Source of the DNA: Candidatus Woesearchaeota archaeon
Lineage (GTDB): Archaea; Nanobdellota; Nanobdellia; SCGC-AAA011-G17; GW2011-AR20
Direction of reading: 5' to 3'
DNA: 50,207 bases
Assembly (NCBI GenBank): GCA_016181245.1
Contig: JACOZR010000017.1
Span: 1-50,207 of the forward strand
Under the pieces are notes generated by a model. The model saw nothing but the letters and a program-made list of their open reading frames with translations. It did not search any database and was not told the DNA's origin. Made by a program: the position numbers and the translations under genes. Below, piece after piece: positions 34,719-43,711 of the stretch (the first letter of the stretch is position 1; every line of letters begins with the position of its first letter).

Positions 34719-35045
34719 TTAATCACTCTTTCCAATTTTGCTATACTTTTCTTCTACTTTTCCTTCATACATTTCTTTGATCTGATTTTCTGATAAGTAG
34801 GATATACTTTGTCCTGATATGCTGTCTCCTTGAGAAATACCATAAAAGTAATATTCAGTTCTTTCTAGTGGTGTTTTAGCTCTAACTACAACATCCTGTA
34901 TATTATCTCCATTAACATCACGCATTTCAATGCTTTCAGGACCTACACCTATTCCCACAAGATACCCAATTCCCGCTTCTAAGGCCATTACTACTGGGAT
35001 ACACCATCTCTGAATTTTAGATTCTTTCTTATTCTTTTCTTCCAT
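34719..35045 (-). CDS. Membrane-anchored protein with one DxNxDxxxD motif, paralogue of 34301-34717
   Basis: DVNGDNIQDVVV motif and the shared tail pattern YGI..GDSI...I.(E/T)MYE. Confidence 0.55.
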   Translation of the reverse strand: MEEKNKKESKIQRWCIPVVMALEAGIGYLVGIGVGPESIEMRDVNGDNIQDVVVRAKTPLERTEYYFYGISQGDSISGQSISYLSENQIKEMYEGKVEEKYSKIGKSD

Positions 35046-35159
35046 TTTGAATTTCCATTATTTACTTATTAGTAATAATTAACTATATTATAAAATTATC
35101 AACAAGTAATTTAGTCAAAATAGTAATATTTATAAAATAAAAGGGAATATGACTAAAAT

Positions 35160-36128
35160 ATGAGAAAATTGGACCTAGTAGACAAAAAGATACTTTTAGA
35201 GTTAGATACAAATGCAAGAGCTTCCTTTTCAGAAGTTGGCAAAAAAGCAAGTATAGGGAAAAATAATGTGCAGTATAGAATCAAGAGATTAGTTGAAGAT
35301 GGGGTTATAAAAAAATTTGTTACACAGTTCTCTTTGGGCAAACTGGGATTATTTTTGGGAAAAATATATCTGCAACTAGCGGGGTTAAATGTTGAAAAAG
35401 AAAAAGAACTTTACAGTTATCTCCTAAAGGATAAGAGAATAATCTGGGTTGCTAAGACTGAGGGAAGATGGGATTTGATGATTGGGGCTTATGTAGAAAG
35501 TATAAAGCAGTTAAATATTATAAAAGCTGATTTCTTTAAAAAATATGAGAAATACGTTACCTCTTATGATGTGGTATTTGTTGTTGATGGATATACCTCA
35601 CAGAGAACTTATCTTTTGAATAAGAAAACATTTTCTAAGACTATAGGGGGGATTATGTACGAAGAAAGGATCGAAATTGACAAGAAGGATAAAAAAATTC
35701 TTCATTTAATAGCAAATAATGCTAGATTTAATTACGTTGATATTGCTAAAAATATGAGTATGAATATCAAGACTGTGCAAAGAAGAATAAAAGATTTAGA
35801 AACTAATGGCGTAATACAAGGATATGTAACTTTTTTAGATACTAAAACAATAGGTTATAATTTCTTTAAATTATGTATTTACTTACAAAACTATGAATCT
35901 AAGTCTAATCCTTTTTTAAGATATTGCATGGGGTTACCTAATGTTGTCCATGTAATAGAATCTTTGGGACCTTGGGAAGTAGAATTGGAAATAGAGACCG
36001 AAACTTTACAAGATTTCTATAACCTAACTCACGAAATAAGGAATAAATTTCCAGATATTATAAAAAAAACTGAATCTGTTATAATCTCTGATGAGATGAA
36101 ATTGGAGTTTTTTCCAGAGTGGTATTAA
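35160..36128 (+). CDS. Tandem (duplicated) Lrp/AsnC-family regulator
   Basis: Two HTH_AsnC modules, LDLVDKKILLELDTNARASFSEVGKK... and IDKKDKKILHLIANNARFNYVDIAKN... Confidence 0.75.
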   Translation: MRKLDLVDKKILLELDTNARASFSEVGKKASIGKNNVQYRIKRLVEDGVIKKFVTQFSLGKLGLFLGKIYLQLAGLNVEKEKELYSYLLKDKRIIWVAKTEGRWDLMIGAYVESIKQLNIIKADFFKKYEKYVTSYDVVFVVDGYTSQRTYLLNKKTFSKTIGGIMYEERIEIDKKDKKILHLIANNARFNYVDIAKNMSMNIKTVQRRIKDLETNGVIQGYVTFLDTKTIGYNFFKLCIYLQNYESKSNPFLRYCMGLPNVVHVIESLGPWEVELEIETETLQDFYNLTHEIRNKFPDIIKKTESVIISDEMKLEFFPEWY

Positions 36129-36134
36129 TCTTTA

Positions 36135-36515
36135 TCACTCTTTTTTTCCTAATACTTTAACTATTCCCGAAATTGCATTCCATCTCATTGTGTACTCTGT
36201 GCTTTCTCCTGTTGGAGAAGATATATTGGCTAAAAGTTCATCTAAAACGTCTCCATCTTCGTAATGGGCTTTTGGCGGTCTATTATGAAAATATTCCATT
36301 TTAATCGCGCCTCTTTTTATTACATCAACTTTGGCCCAATCAATTCCTTCTAAAAGCCTTTTAACAACATCAAATTCATCTTCTTCTAACAACCTAGTTT
36401 GCAAGTCCTCGCTATAAGCTATTGATCTTCCACCATACCTATCTAAAGATTCTATACACTCTGAATATAATACACTTCTATCTTCATTTTTTAGTTTTAA
36501 TGCGCTGATTGCCAT
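36135..36515 (-). CDS. Hypothetical protein (126 aa), last gene of the MazG operon
   Basis: ORF only, 9 nt after the upstream stop. Confidence 0.55.
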   Translation of the reverse strand: MAISALKLKNEDRSVLYSECIESLDRYGGRSIAYSEDLQTRLLEEDEFDVVKRLLEGIDWAKVDVIKRGAIKMEYFHNRPPKAHYEDGDVLDELLANISSPTGESTEYTMRWNAISGIVKVLGKKE

Positions 36516-36524
36516 TTGTTTCCT

Positions 36525-37067
36525 CTAAACTTCTCTTGACAGAGCCGAGTGTAAATAAGGCGTTATTATGATTGGATCTTTTCTTTCCAGCTTTGTGTTT
36601 ACACTTTCTATTGCCTTTACTATCTCTTGTTCTGTTCTATTATCTAAACCATCTAAAACACTATCATCTGTTAATAACTCAAATGCTATTGTTGGACTCT
36701 TTGGAATATCTAGAGAGTAACCCCCCTCTCCAGGAGTTCTTCTTGTGTATGCACTTTTCCCTGGGTAAAACTTGCTGTACCTGCCTACTATGAGCCCTTT
36801 TCCTATTGTTTCTTCAATGATATCTTCTACCCCAGGGGTGCATGCAGCTATTACCAAATTACAAGAAAGAAGTTTTCTTTCATCTAAAATGCCTATGGGA
36901 TATAAGATTACATCTCTGTCATTTTGAGTTCTGAATCCACAACATTTTCCCCCTATATCTCTTGGTAGTTCCTTTGCTCTTCCCCCAAATATGAAAGATT
37001 TAATAGAAAATTCCAGATAATCAGATAGGTCTTTGGTTGCTATAGCTATTTTGAATTCTTTTTTCAT
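36525..37067 (-). CDS. Hypothetical protein (180 aa)
   Basis: ORF with an ATGA overlap with the MazG-like gene. Confidence 0.55.
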   Translation of the reverse strand: MKKEFKIAIATKDLSDYLEFSIKSFIFGGRAKELPRDIGGKCCGFRTQNDRDVILYPIGILDERKLLSCNLVIAACTPGVEDIIEETIGKGLIVGRYSKFYPGKSAYTRRTPGEGGYSLDIPKSPTIAFELLTDDSVLDGLDNRTEQEIVKAIESVNTKLERKDPIIITPYLHSALSREV

Positions 37068-37369
37068 TTTGTTCTCCTTTGCCCTTTAATGTATCTTTCT
37101 TCAATTCTCTTTATTGTTTTCTTCATGCCTTTTTCTAAATCAACATTATAGCGATTTGCTAATGTGATTAAAGAAAGCAAGACATTTCCAAACTCATCCT
37201 CTAGGTCTGGTTTTGTTTTATTTTTCTTGAATCCATTTTCTATTCTAATTGCTTCTGCTACTTCTCCAATTTCTTCAAACAGGAAAAGTAATTCATCTTT
37301 TTCTGTTACTTTTTTGTCGCTTTTTTTCCAAGCGTTTTTTGTCCAAGTTTGTAGTTCTTTAAGTCTCAT
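37064..37369 (-). CDS. MazG-like nucleotide pyrophosphohydrolase (single all-alpha domain)
   Basis: LFLFEEIGEVAEAIR and LEDEFGNVLLSLITLAN form the EExxE...ExxD metal-binding pattern. Confidence 0.75.
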   Translation of the reverse strand: MRLKELQTWTKNAWKKSDKKVTEKDELLFLFEEIGEVAEAIRIENGFKKNKTKPDLEDEFGNVLLSLITLANRYNVDLEKGMKKTIKRIEERYIKGQRRTK

Positions 37370-37370
37370 T

Positions 37371-37718
37371 TTATCCTCCTAATAATTTTTCAATGCCTTT
37401 TGTGTGGTCTTTTGTGCTTGCTTGCTTGCTGATGTGTAACTGTCCTGGAAGTCTGCTTCCGTTTCTTTGGGCAGTTAGGTAAGCAAGTAATGCAAGTTGT
37501 TGTCTGATTCTAACTTTTTGTTTGGATTGATTTTGTGTATTGAAGGAAATCCTTCTTTTATGGTTTTGAATTGTAAACTTTTGCGGAGTGTAAAATGTTG
37601 CTGTTATTCCTCCAATGTACCTATCAATTTCAGCTATTGCGTATTCTGGACTTATTTTTTCATCAAGACAAGTTTGGTATATGCTTTGTGCTTCCATCCT
37701 GATCTTATCCTCGTTCAT
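37371..37718 (-). CDS. Hypothetical protein (115 aa), first gene of the MazG operon
   Basis: ORF only. Confidence 0.5.
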   Translation of the reverse strand: MNEDKIRMEAQSIYQTCLDEKISPEYAIAEIDRYIGGITATFYTPQKFTIQNHKRRISFNTQNQSKQKVRIRQQLALLAYLTAQRNGSRLPGQLHISKQASTKDHTKGIEKLLGG

Positions 37719-37827
37719 CTTATCCTCCTTGATTTTTGTTAATATTAGGTTATTACTGAGGTATAATAATTATTGTTGTCTTATAATAAAACAACAAATT
37801 TATAAAGAAAAGAAATACCTAAACTCT

Positions 37828-38562
37828 ATGGAAAAACAAACACTGATTAAAATTGGTTTAACTGAAAATGAAGCTGATATTTACTTAGCTTTACTTTCAT
37901 TAGGACCTTCTTTGGTAAGTAAGATTGTAGGAAAAACAAGAATTAATAGAACCCATATCTACGATAGACTAAGCCATTTGATAAAGAAAGGTCTAGTCTC
38001 TTATGTAATAAAAAATAATAGAAAACATTTCCATGCAGCTGAACCAAAAAGACTTATTCGTTATCTTGAAGAAAAACAAGAGGAAATAAAAAAAGAAATG
38101 GATGATGTTAAAACAATTTTGCCAAAATTGGAAAAAATTGTGCCCGAAAAAAAAGATGAGTCTGTAGAAGTTTATGAAGGAAAGGAGGGATTAAAGACAA
38201 TTCTTGAAGACATTATTCGATCAAAGCAAGATGTACTTACCTATGGTTCTGAAGGAAATTTTTCAAATGTTCTTAGGTTTTATTTTAAGCATTATCTTAA
38301 GAGATTAGAGCAAATAGGAATATCGATGAAGGTTATTTTTAATTATGATGCCTCAAAAAAGCCCTTTACATGGAAATTTGCTGAGGCCAGGTATATTTCA
38401 AAACAATATAAAAGCCCAACAGAAACTACTATTTACGGGGATAAGGTTGCGATTTTCATCTTAACAGAATCTCCAAAAGTTGTACTTATAAAAAGTAAGA
38501 CAATTACAGATTCTTATAGGAAATATTTTAACATTCTATGGAAAACTGCTAAGAAAAGGTAA
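37828..38562 (+). CDS. TrmB-family transcriptional regulator (paralogue of 21833-22549)
   Basis: Contains LIKIGLTENEADIYLALLSLGPSLVSKIVGKTRINRTHIYDRL and the shared YEGKEGLKTI / YGDKVAI motifs. ATG at 37828; the track start at 37615 is an over-extension. Confidence 0.8.
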   Translation: MEKQTLIKIGLTENEADIYLALLSLGPSLVSKIVGKTRINRTHIYDRLSHLIKKGLVSYVIKNNRKHFHAAEPKRLIRYLEEKQEEIKKEMDDVKTILPKLEKIVPEKKDESVEVYEGKEGLKTILEDIIRSKQDVLTYGSEGNFSNVLRFYFKHYLKRLEQIGISMKVIFNYDASKKPFTWKFAEARYISKQYKSPTETTIYGDKVAIFILTESPKVVLIKSKTITDSYRKYFNILWKTAKKR

Positions 38563-38640
38563 CAATCTAAACTTTTATTTCCATTACTTATGTAGTATTT
38601 TACCTAGCAATTTAGTATTGGTGGGATTGTCGTCCCCCTA

Positions 38641-39363
38641 TCAAAATCTTATATTTTCACCCTGCTGTTTGAGCCATTTTTCTTTTTCTTGGTAATTTGG
38701 CATTGCATTTGCTATTAACCCCCAAAACTTTTCAGAGTGATTGAATTCTATAAGATGCGCTAATTCATGGATATACACATATTCTAATACATCATCCGGT
38801 GCAAAGAGAAGCCTTGTTGAGATATTTATGTTCCCTTTTTCCGAGCAGCTTCCCCATAATGAGCGCAGATTTTTGAAAAATATTTTGTTAAGCTTTGCCT
38901 GAAAATGAATTTTGTTAAGTTCATGAAGCTTTTTCTCCAGATCTGGCAGTCTTTGTTTGGCAATGATTCTGCTGAGCAATGTTGAAATGTGCGATTTTTG
39001 CTTATCATCTGGTATTTCTGAAGAGATAACAAGGTAGATTGTGTTGTTTTCGATTCTCGCAAAACTGCTCTGCTTTTTCTTGTAGCTTATTGAAAGAATA
39101 TATCCTTTATTACCAATTGTTATATTTTCCCCATCTTTGTACTCTTTGATAATATCTTTTTTTTGGGGGTTTTTCTGAATTTTCTCTTTTGCCCACTGTT
39201 TCATCTTAAGAATACTTCTGAATTGTTCTTCACGATTTAAAGATAATGGAATTCTTATGTTGATTGATTTTTTTCTGATTGAAGCTGATGAATTATTCCT
39301 TTTTTCGAAGAATATTTTGACATTATACTTAATATTATTTACTTCAAGAATTTCAGACCTCAT
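38641..39363 (-). CDS. DUF45/YgjP-like (M48-related) zinc metallohydrolase
   Basis: Contains YVYIHELAHLIEFNHSEKFW (HExxH...H). Confidence 0.75.
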   Translation of the reverse strand: MRSEILEVNNIKYNVKIFFEKRNNSSASIRKKSINIRIPLSLNREEQFRSILKMKQWAKEKIQKNPQKKDIIKEYKDGENITIGNKGYILSISYKKKQSSFARIENNTIYLVISSEIPDDKQKSHISTLLSRIIAKQRLPDLEKKLHELNKIHFQAKLNKIFFKNLRSLWGSCSEKGNINISTRLLFAPDDVLEYVYIHELAHLIEFNHSEKFWGLIANAMPNYQEKEKWLKQQGENIRF

Positions 39364-39376
39364 TTTATTTCACTTA

Positions 39377-40228
39377 TTATTTAAAATATGATACCACCTC
39401 ATCCTTTATATTATTTGCAATAAACTTATCTTTTATTACTGTTACTTCAATTTCGCCATTTTCTTTGAATATATCTAGAATTCTCTTTAAATCTAGGTTT
39501 TTATTATTTTTTGTGTTTTTGTAAATTTTTTCTAATTTTTGAGATATTTCTTTCGGAATTTCAAATTTTACTAGGTATTCGCCAAATGAGGATAAATTTA
39601 GATCTGAATTTAGACTAATATCACTTTTTACTTTAATGAATTCTTTTTTACTTTTGTAGTAGTTTATAGTTATCTTATCTAATGGTGTGTTTTCGCTTAG
39701 TAAATTGTAGGTCTTGATGTTATGTCTTGCAAATAAGTCATGTAAAATGTCTTCTTCTTGCAGCCTTGGCATTAACCACCAACAATGGCTTCCTCTCCAT
39801 ACATTTCTTTTATCTTCTGTTTCTTTTTTAGCCCAATTTGTCAATAAATCATTCCATAATCTATCTAACTCCAATAGATTACTGACTGTGTAAACTGTAA
39901 TCTCTTTTCCAAGCTCTACTTTTTTCATAGGCTTTTTTACTTTAAAATTTTCTGTGTATATTCTATCAAAGAAATTTCTAGTTTCAAAAACCCAGTCTTT
40001 ACTTAATGAATAGAATTTGCCTTCTTTTACCAGAACTTTATGGACTATAAGGGAGTTAACTGCTTTTATAACTGCTTGGAATGTTACAGATATTCCGTAT
40101 CTTCTTTTTATTTCTCTGTGTAATTGTGTTAATGTTTTAGATTCTTCCTCAATTAATATTGAAAATACTAAATCTTTTGTAGTCCTGTTTTTAACATTCG
40201 CTTCTGGTATTACTATCTCTAATGTCAT
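39377..40228 (-). CDS. N-terminal wHTH protein with an unknown C-domain
   Basis: Contains KTLTQLHREIKRRYGISVTFQAVIKAVNSLIVHKVLVKEGKFYSL. Confidence 0.55.
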   Translation of the reverse strand: MTLEIVIPEANVKNRTTKDLVFSILIEEESKTLTQLHREIKRRYGISVTFQAVIKAVNSLIVHKVLVKEGKFYSLSKDWVFETRNFFDRIYTENFKVKKPMKKVELGKEITVYTVSNLLELDRLWNDLLTNWAKKETEDKRNVWRGSHCWWLMPRLQEEDILHDLFARHNIKTYNLLSENTPLDKITINYYKSKKEFIKVKSDISLNSDLNLSSFGEYLVKFEIPKEISQKLEKIYKNTKNNKNLDLKRILDIFKENGEIEVTVIKDKFIANNIKDEVVSYFK

Positions 40229-40262
40229 ATACTGACTTAACTTTTGATATTATTAAACCTTT

Positions 40263-40299
40263 TGGTTATGTAACCATTTGGTTATATTTTTATGTAACC
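40263..40299. promoter_or_regulatory. Repeated half-sites TGGTTAT / ATGTAACC(A), once as a tight palindrome and once spaced, in a divergent promoter
   Basis: TGGTTATGTAACCA at 40263-40276, TGGTTAT at 40279-40285 and ATGTAACC at 40292-40299. Confidence 0.3.
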
Positions 40300-40361
40300 T
40301 TAGTTAAATAATGTGGTTTGGTTCTATTTGTAAGTAATTAAACAAATGGAGGATAATAAAA

Positions 40362-40835
40362 ATGGAGAATGTTAGTGTAATGGAAAATCCAAATTTGACA
40401 CTTGTGGATAAGATAGAATGTAGAGAGCAAGAAATTAATAGAGGAATATATGAACACAGAAGCTTTTCAACAAAGTCTTTAATACTAAGGGGAAAAGTAG
40501 ATGTTAAGGTTCCGGGTAGGGAAACTTATCAAAACGTAGATGAAGTTTTCATAAATTATGAGCAACCAATGGAGGTTGATCTTAGGGGATGTATTGCAGA
40601 AACTGAAGGAATTTTGGAAGTTTGCTTTGGAAGGCTACAAGTAGTTGCTTATAGAGAAAATAAAGCAGAAACTGCTCTTGATAAGCGCTATGGTTCAATT
40701 GTTGTAGTTGAACCAAAACAACAACCAGATCCTGAAATCACAATGTACACGGGAGACAAAAGGGTCGTTCTAAATCAGGTTATAGGCATTCCTGTTATTA
40801 ATGTAAGACAAGCTAAATTGACTTATTTGATATAG
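40362..40835 (+). CDS. Hypothetical protein (157 aa) sharing an N-terminal motif with the next gene
   Basis: VMENPNLTLVDK here versus VYENPDLMLVSK in the neighbour. GGAGGA precedes the ATG. Confidence 0.55.
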   Translation: MENVSVMENPNLTLVDKIECREQEINRGIYEHRSFSTKSLILRGKVDVKVPGRETYQNVDEVFINYEQPMEVDLRGCIAETEGILEVCFGRLQVVAYRENKAETALDKRYGSIVVVEPKQQPDPEITMYTGDKRVVLNQVIGIPVINVRQAKLTYLI

Positions 40836-40843
40836 GCGGTAAA

Positions 40844-41929
40844 ATGGTTTCAGTAAAGGATATACAAGCAGTGTATGAAAATCCTGATTTGATGCTTGTA
40901 AGTAAAGGAGATGGAGAAAGTCCAGATAATTTTGCTTGTGACACTTCTTCAAAGACAAATGTATTGAAATTGTTAGATGGGAGAGTTAAATATAAAGGTA
41001 ATGAAGTCTATGTGCCTGGTGAAAGTTTTTTGCTGCCTTACAGGAGTTTAGAAAAAACTGTAAACTCAAGAAGAAATTTAATCGTAAGGGGAGTTAATAT
41101 TTATCCTACCCTTGTGGATTATATCATGAAATATCGTACCCATCATGGATTTACCTCTGATGTCGATGTGGGCGAAAAAAATGAACAAGAAATAGACAAA
41201 TGGTGTGGCGATGAAGGACTTTTAGAAGAAATAGTCAGCTTTGTCAAGATTAGAATAAATATGACAGGAGAAGATGGAAATGTCGATGATTCTGGGTTAG
41301 TTCTTGTACAAGCTCTAGATCCTGTAACTCCCTTAAAAAGAGGATATGAATTTAATGGTGTATTTCATAGTCACTACAGGTTGGGAAAGATAGATATTCC
41401 TGTTGAGGTAACAGGAGAAAATGTTGAATTTACCTTCTTAAGTGATTGTCATGCAAACATAAGTGACGGTGATAAAAGTTTTGGTAGGTATAAAGATGGA
41501 ATTTTAACATTAGAAAGACCACATATTTTTGTTAACGAAATAAATGGAAATCTTAATTATTCGAAATCCCCACGAGGTTGGAAAAAACCTTTTAGTAGGG
41601 CTTTGGGGTTGGCTTTTGTAGGTGGTGGTGGGGGCAGTATTGTCGGAGTCTTAAGTGGCATTTTTGTATCTCTATCAACGTATGGAATGAGTTGTGTATT
41701 GGGACTGCCTACTGAAGATATGCACCAATTTCTTAAGGGAACTGCAATAACCTATGCTACTGGATTTGCTGGTTTAGGAGCATATGTTGGGTATAGTACG
41801 GGAAGAGCAGGGCACAAAATTGTGCCTAGTGGAAATCCTACTATGAATATTACTTTCTATGGAAGAGTAAAAGATAGAAGATTTGAAGGTGTTGAAGAAA
41901 TTTTAAATAGTCTCCCTTTGGTGAATTGA
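40844..41929 (+). CDS. Hypothetical protein (361 aa) with C-terminal Gly-zipper-like membrane helices
   Basis: Contains ALGLAFVGGGGGSIVGVLSGIFVSL and ATGFAGLGAYVGYSTG. Confidence 0.55.
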   Translation: MVSVKDIQAVYENPDLMLVSKGDGESPDNFACDTSSKTNVLKLLDGRVKYKGNEVYVPGESFLLPYRSLEKTVNSRRNLIVRGVNIYPTLVDYIMKYRTHHGFTSDVDVGEKNEQEIDKWCGDEGLLEEIVSFVKIRINMTGEDGNVDDSGLVLVQALDPVTPLKRGYEFNGVFHSHYRLGKIDIPVEVTGENVEFTFLSDCHANISDGDKSFGRYKDGILTLERPHIFVNEINGNLNYSKSPRGWKKPFSRALGLAFVGGGGGSIVGVLSGIFVSLSTYGMSCVLGLPTEDMHQFLKGTAITYATGFAGLGAYVGYSTGRAGHKIVPSGNPTMNITFYGRVKDRRFEGVEEILNSLPLVN

Positions 41930-41978
41930 TTAATTTTTGAAGATAAATATCGGTTAATCAAGGAATAAATGACTTTTT

Positions 41979-43070
41979 TCATTTCCATTTTTTCATAAAA
42001 TTTTTATAAAAACTATCAAATTTATCTTCTTTTATTTTAGTTTTTATTTCATCAATTAATTCTCTGACAAAATATAGATTATGCCATGTAACTAATCTCT
42101 TCCAAGTTAGTTCATTTATTTTTATTAAATGATATATATAAGCTCTTGTGTAAGTTTTACAAACAAAGCATGTACAATTTTTATCTAAAGGATTAAAATC
42201 ATTCTTGAATTTTTGTTTATTTATTCTGACTTCTCCTTCTCGCGTAAAAACAACATGATGCCTTGAATGTCTGGTTACATAACAACTATCAAAAATATCA
42301 ACACCATTAGAAATTCCTTGAACAATATCTTTTACACTCCCAATGCCCATTAAATAACGAGGTTTATTTTTTGGCATGTATTGAATAGAATTTTTTACAG
42401 CTTTGTGTAATAATTCAGAACCTTCACCCATTCCTAAACCTCCAATTGCATAACCGTCAAAGTCTAAACCGCAAATTAATTCAGAACTTTTTTTCCTTAA
42501 ATCATTAAAAGTACCACCTTGAGTAATGCCAAATAATAATTGTTTTTTATCTGTATGGGCTTTTTTGCAGCGTTTTGCCCATTCATAAGTTATATTTACA
42601 CTTTCTTTAATGCATTCATAATTATCTTCAAATTTTGGCATATAATCAAGAGCCATTGCAACGTCTGATTGTAAACTTTGTTGAATTTCCATGTCTTTTT
42701 CAGGTGTAATGAAATGCTTGCTGTTATCAATAGGGCTTCTAAAAGAAACTCCTTTTTCATTTATTGATTCTAAGAAAGCAGGAGAGGCCATTTGAAAACC
42801 CCCTGAATCTGTGAAAATTACATTTTGATAATTCATAAAGTTGTGAACTCCTTTTGCTTTTTTTATTAAAGGTAAACCTGGTTCTAAATACAAAATAAAT
42901 GCATTGGAAATAATTGATTTTAATCCTAAATCTTTTAAATCTTTAGAAGAGATTAATTTAACTGCTAACTTTGTTGCAACGGGCATAAAGAATGGAGTTT
43001 CTGCTTTTCCATGTCTTGTAGTTAATACACCTAAACGAGCATTTTTTGAAGTTGCTTTAAGTTCAAACAT
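41979..43070 (-). CDS. tgt: tRNA-guanine transglycosylase, catalytic domain only, with a queuine-TGT-like zinc motif
   Basis: Contains FMPVATK, TDSGGFQ, GGLGMGE and CTCFVCKTYTRAYIYHL. Confidence 0.85.
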   Translation of the reverse strand: MFELKATSKNARLGVLTTRHGKAETPFFMPVATKLAVKLISSKDLKDLGLKSIISNAFILYLEPGLPLIKKAKGVHNFMNYQNVIFTDSGGFQMASPAFLESINEKGVSFRSPIDNSKHFITPEKDMEIQQSLQSDVAMALDYMPKFEDNYECIKESVNITYEWAKRCKKAHTDKKQLLFGITQGGTFNDLRKKSSELICGLDFDGYAIGGLGMGEGSELLHKAVKNSIQYMPKNKPRYLMGIGSVKDIVQGISNGVDIFDSCYVTRHSRHHVVFTREGEVRINKQKFKNDFNPLDKNCTCFVCKTYTRAYIYHLIKINELTWKRLVTWHNLYFVRELIDEIKTKIKEDKFDSFYKNFMKKWK

Positions 43071-43097
43071 AAGAATTCTAAATTTTTTACTTCTTTA

Positions 43098-43667
43098 TTA
43101 AGCTTTATGGGAATTAACAAGATCTGCGATGTCTGTAAAACTTAGGTAATATGTACCATTACCTCCTTTTATTATTGTATCTTCTAATGCTGCTTCTGTC
43201 ATTATTCTTGCGCATTCGAGCCTTTCTTCACGAGTTTTAAAACCTTTCATTTTTCCTTTTATTACTGTAGATAAACTTGATTTGTCCATTGTTGACCTAG
43301 TTATTCCTAGATTACTGTTTGCTATTATGTACCATAATGAAGCTTTTTTGCCCTTCACTCTTGCACCAGTTAAATAAACAGTTATTACTTGCACCTTTGA
43401 ATCCTTTTTAGTATACTCTTCTTCTCTACGGAAAACGTACACATTCGGGTCAAATTTTTGCAAGGCTCTAATATCTTCTATGGGCTCTTCTTGTAATGTT
43501 CTTCTGTTAAAAGCTACTATTGGGGATTCTGTTCCTTGATAACCTAAAACTGTAAATGCATACCCTAAAACTCTGTGAAACCTTTCTGAGTCTCTTGAAG
43601 GATATAAACTCTTTAGATGGGTTCTCATTTCTTTTTCTTTCTCTGGAGAGAGGTATACCATATTCAT
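43098..43667 (-). CDS. Hypothetical protein (~189 aa)
   Basis: ORF only. Start is probably one of the internal ATGs (MNMVYL...). Confidence 0.5.
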   Translation of the reverse strand: MNMVYLSPEKEKEMRTHLKSLYPSRDSERFHRVLGYAFTVLGYQGTESPIVAFNRRTLQEEPIEDIRALQKFDPNVYVFRREEEYTKKDSKVQVITVYLTGARVKGKKASLWYIIANSNLGITRSTMDKSSLSTVIKGKMKGFKTREERLECARIMTEAALEDTIIKGGNGTYYLSFTDIADLVNSHKA

Positions 43668-43711
43668 TTCATAATAAAAAAATTTATAAAAGTACACCTT
43701 CTGGTAACAGT

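Noticed and set aside
43556-43711. N-terminal 52-aa extension of AspRS in the track (start at 43556)
   Set aside because: The extension overlaps the divergent 43098-43667 gene and has no AspRS similarity. The conserved N-terminus begins at ATG 43712 (MFPTSLRTHTCGD...).
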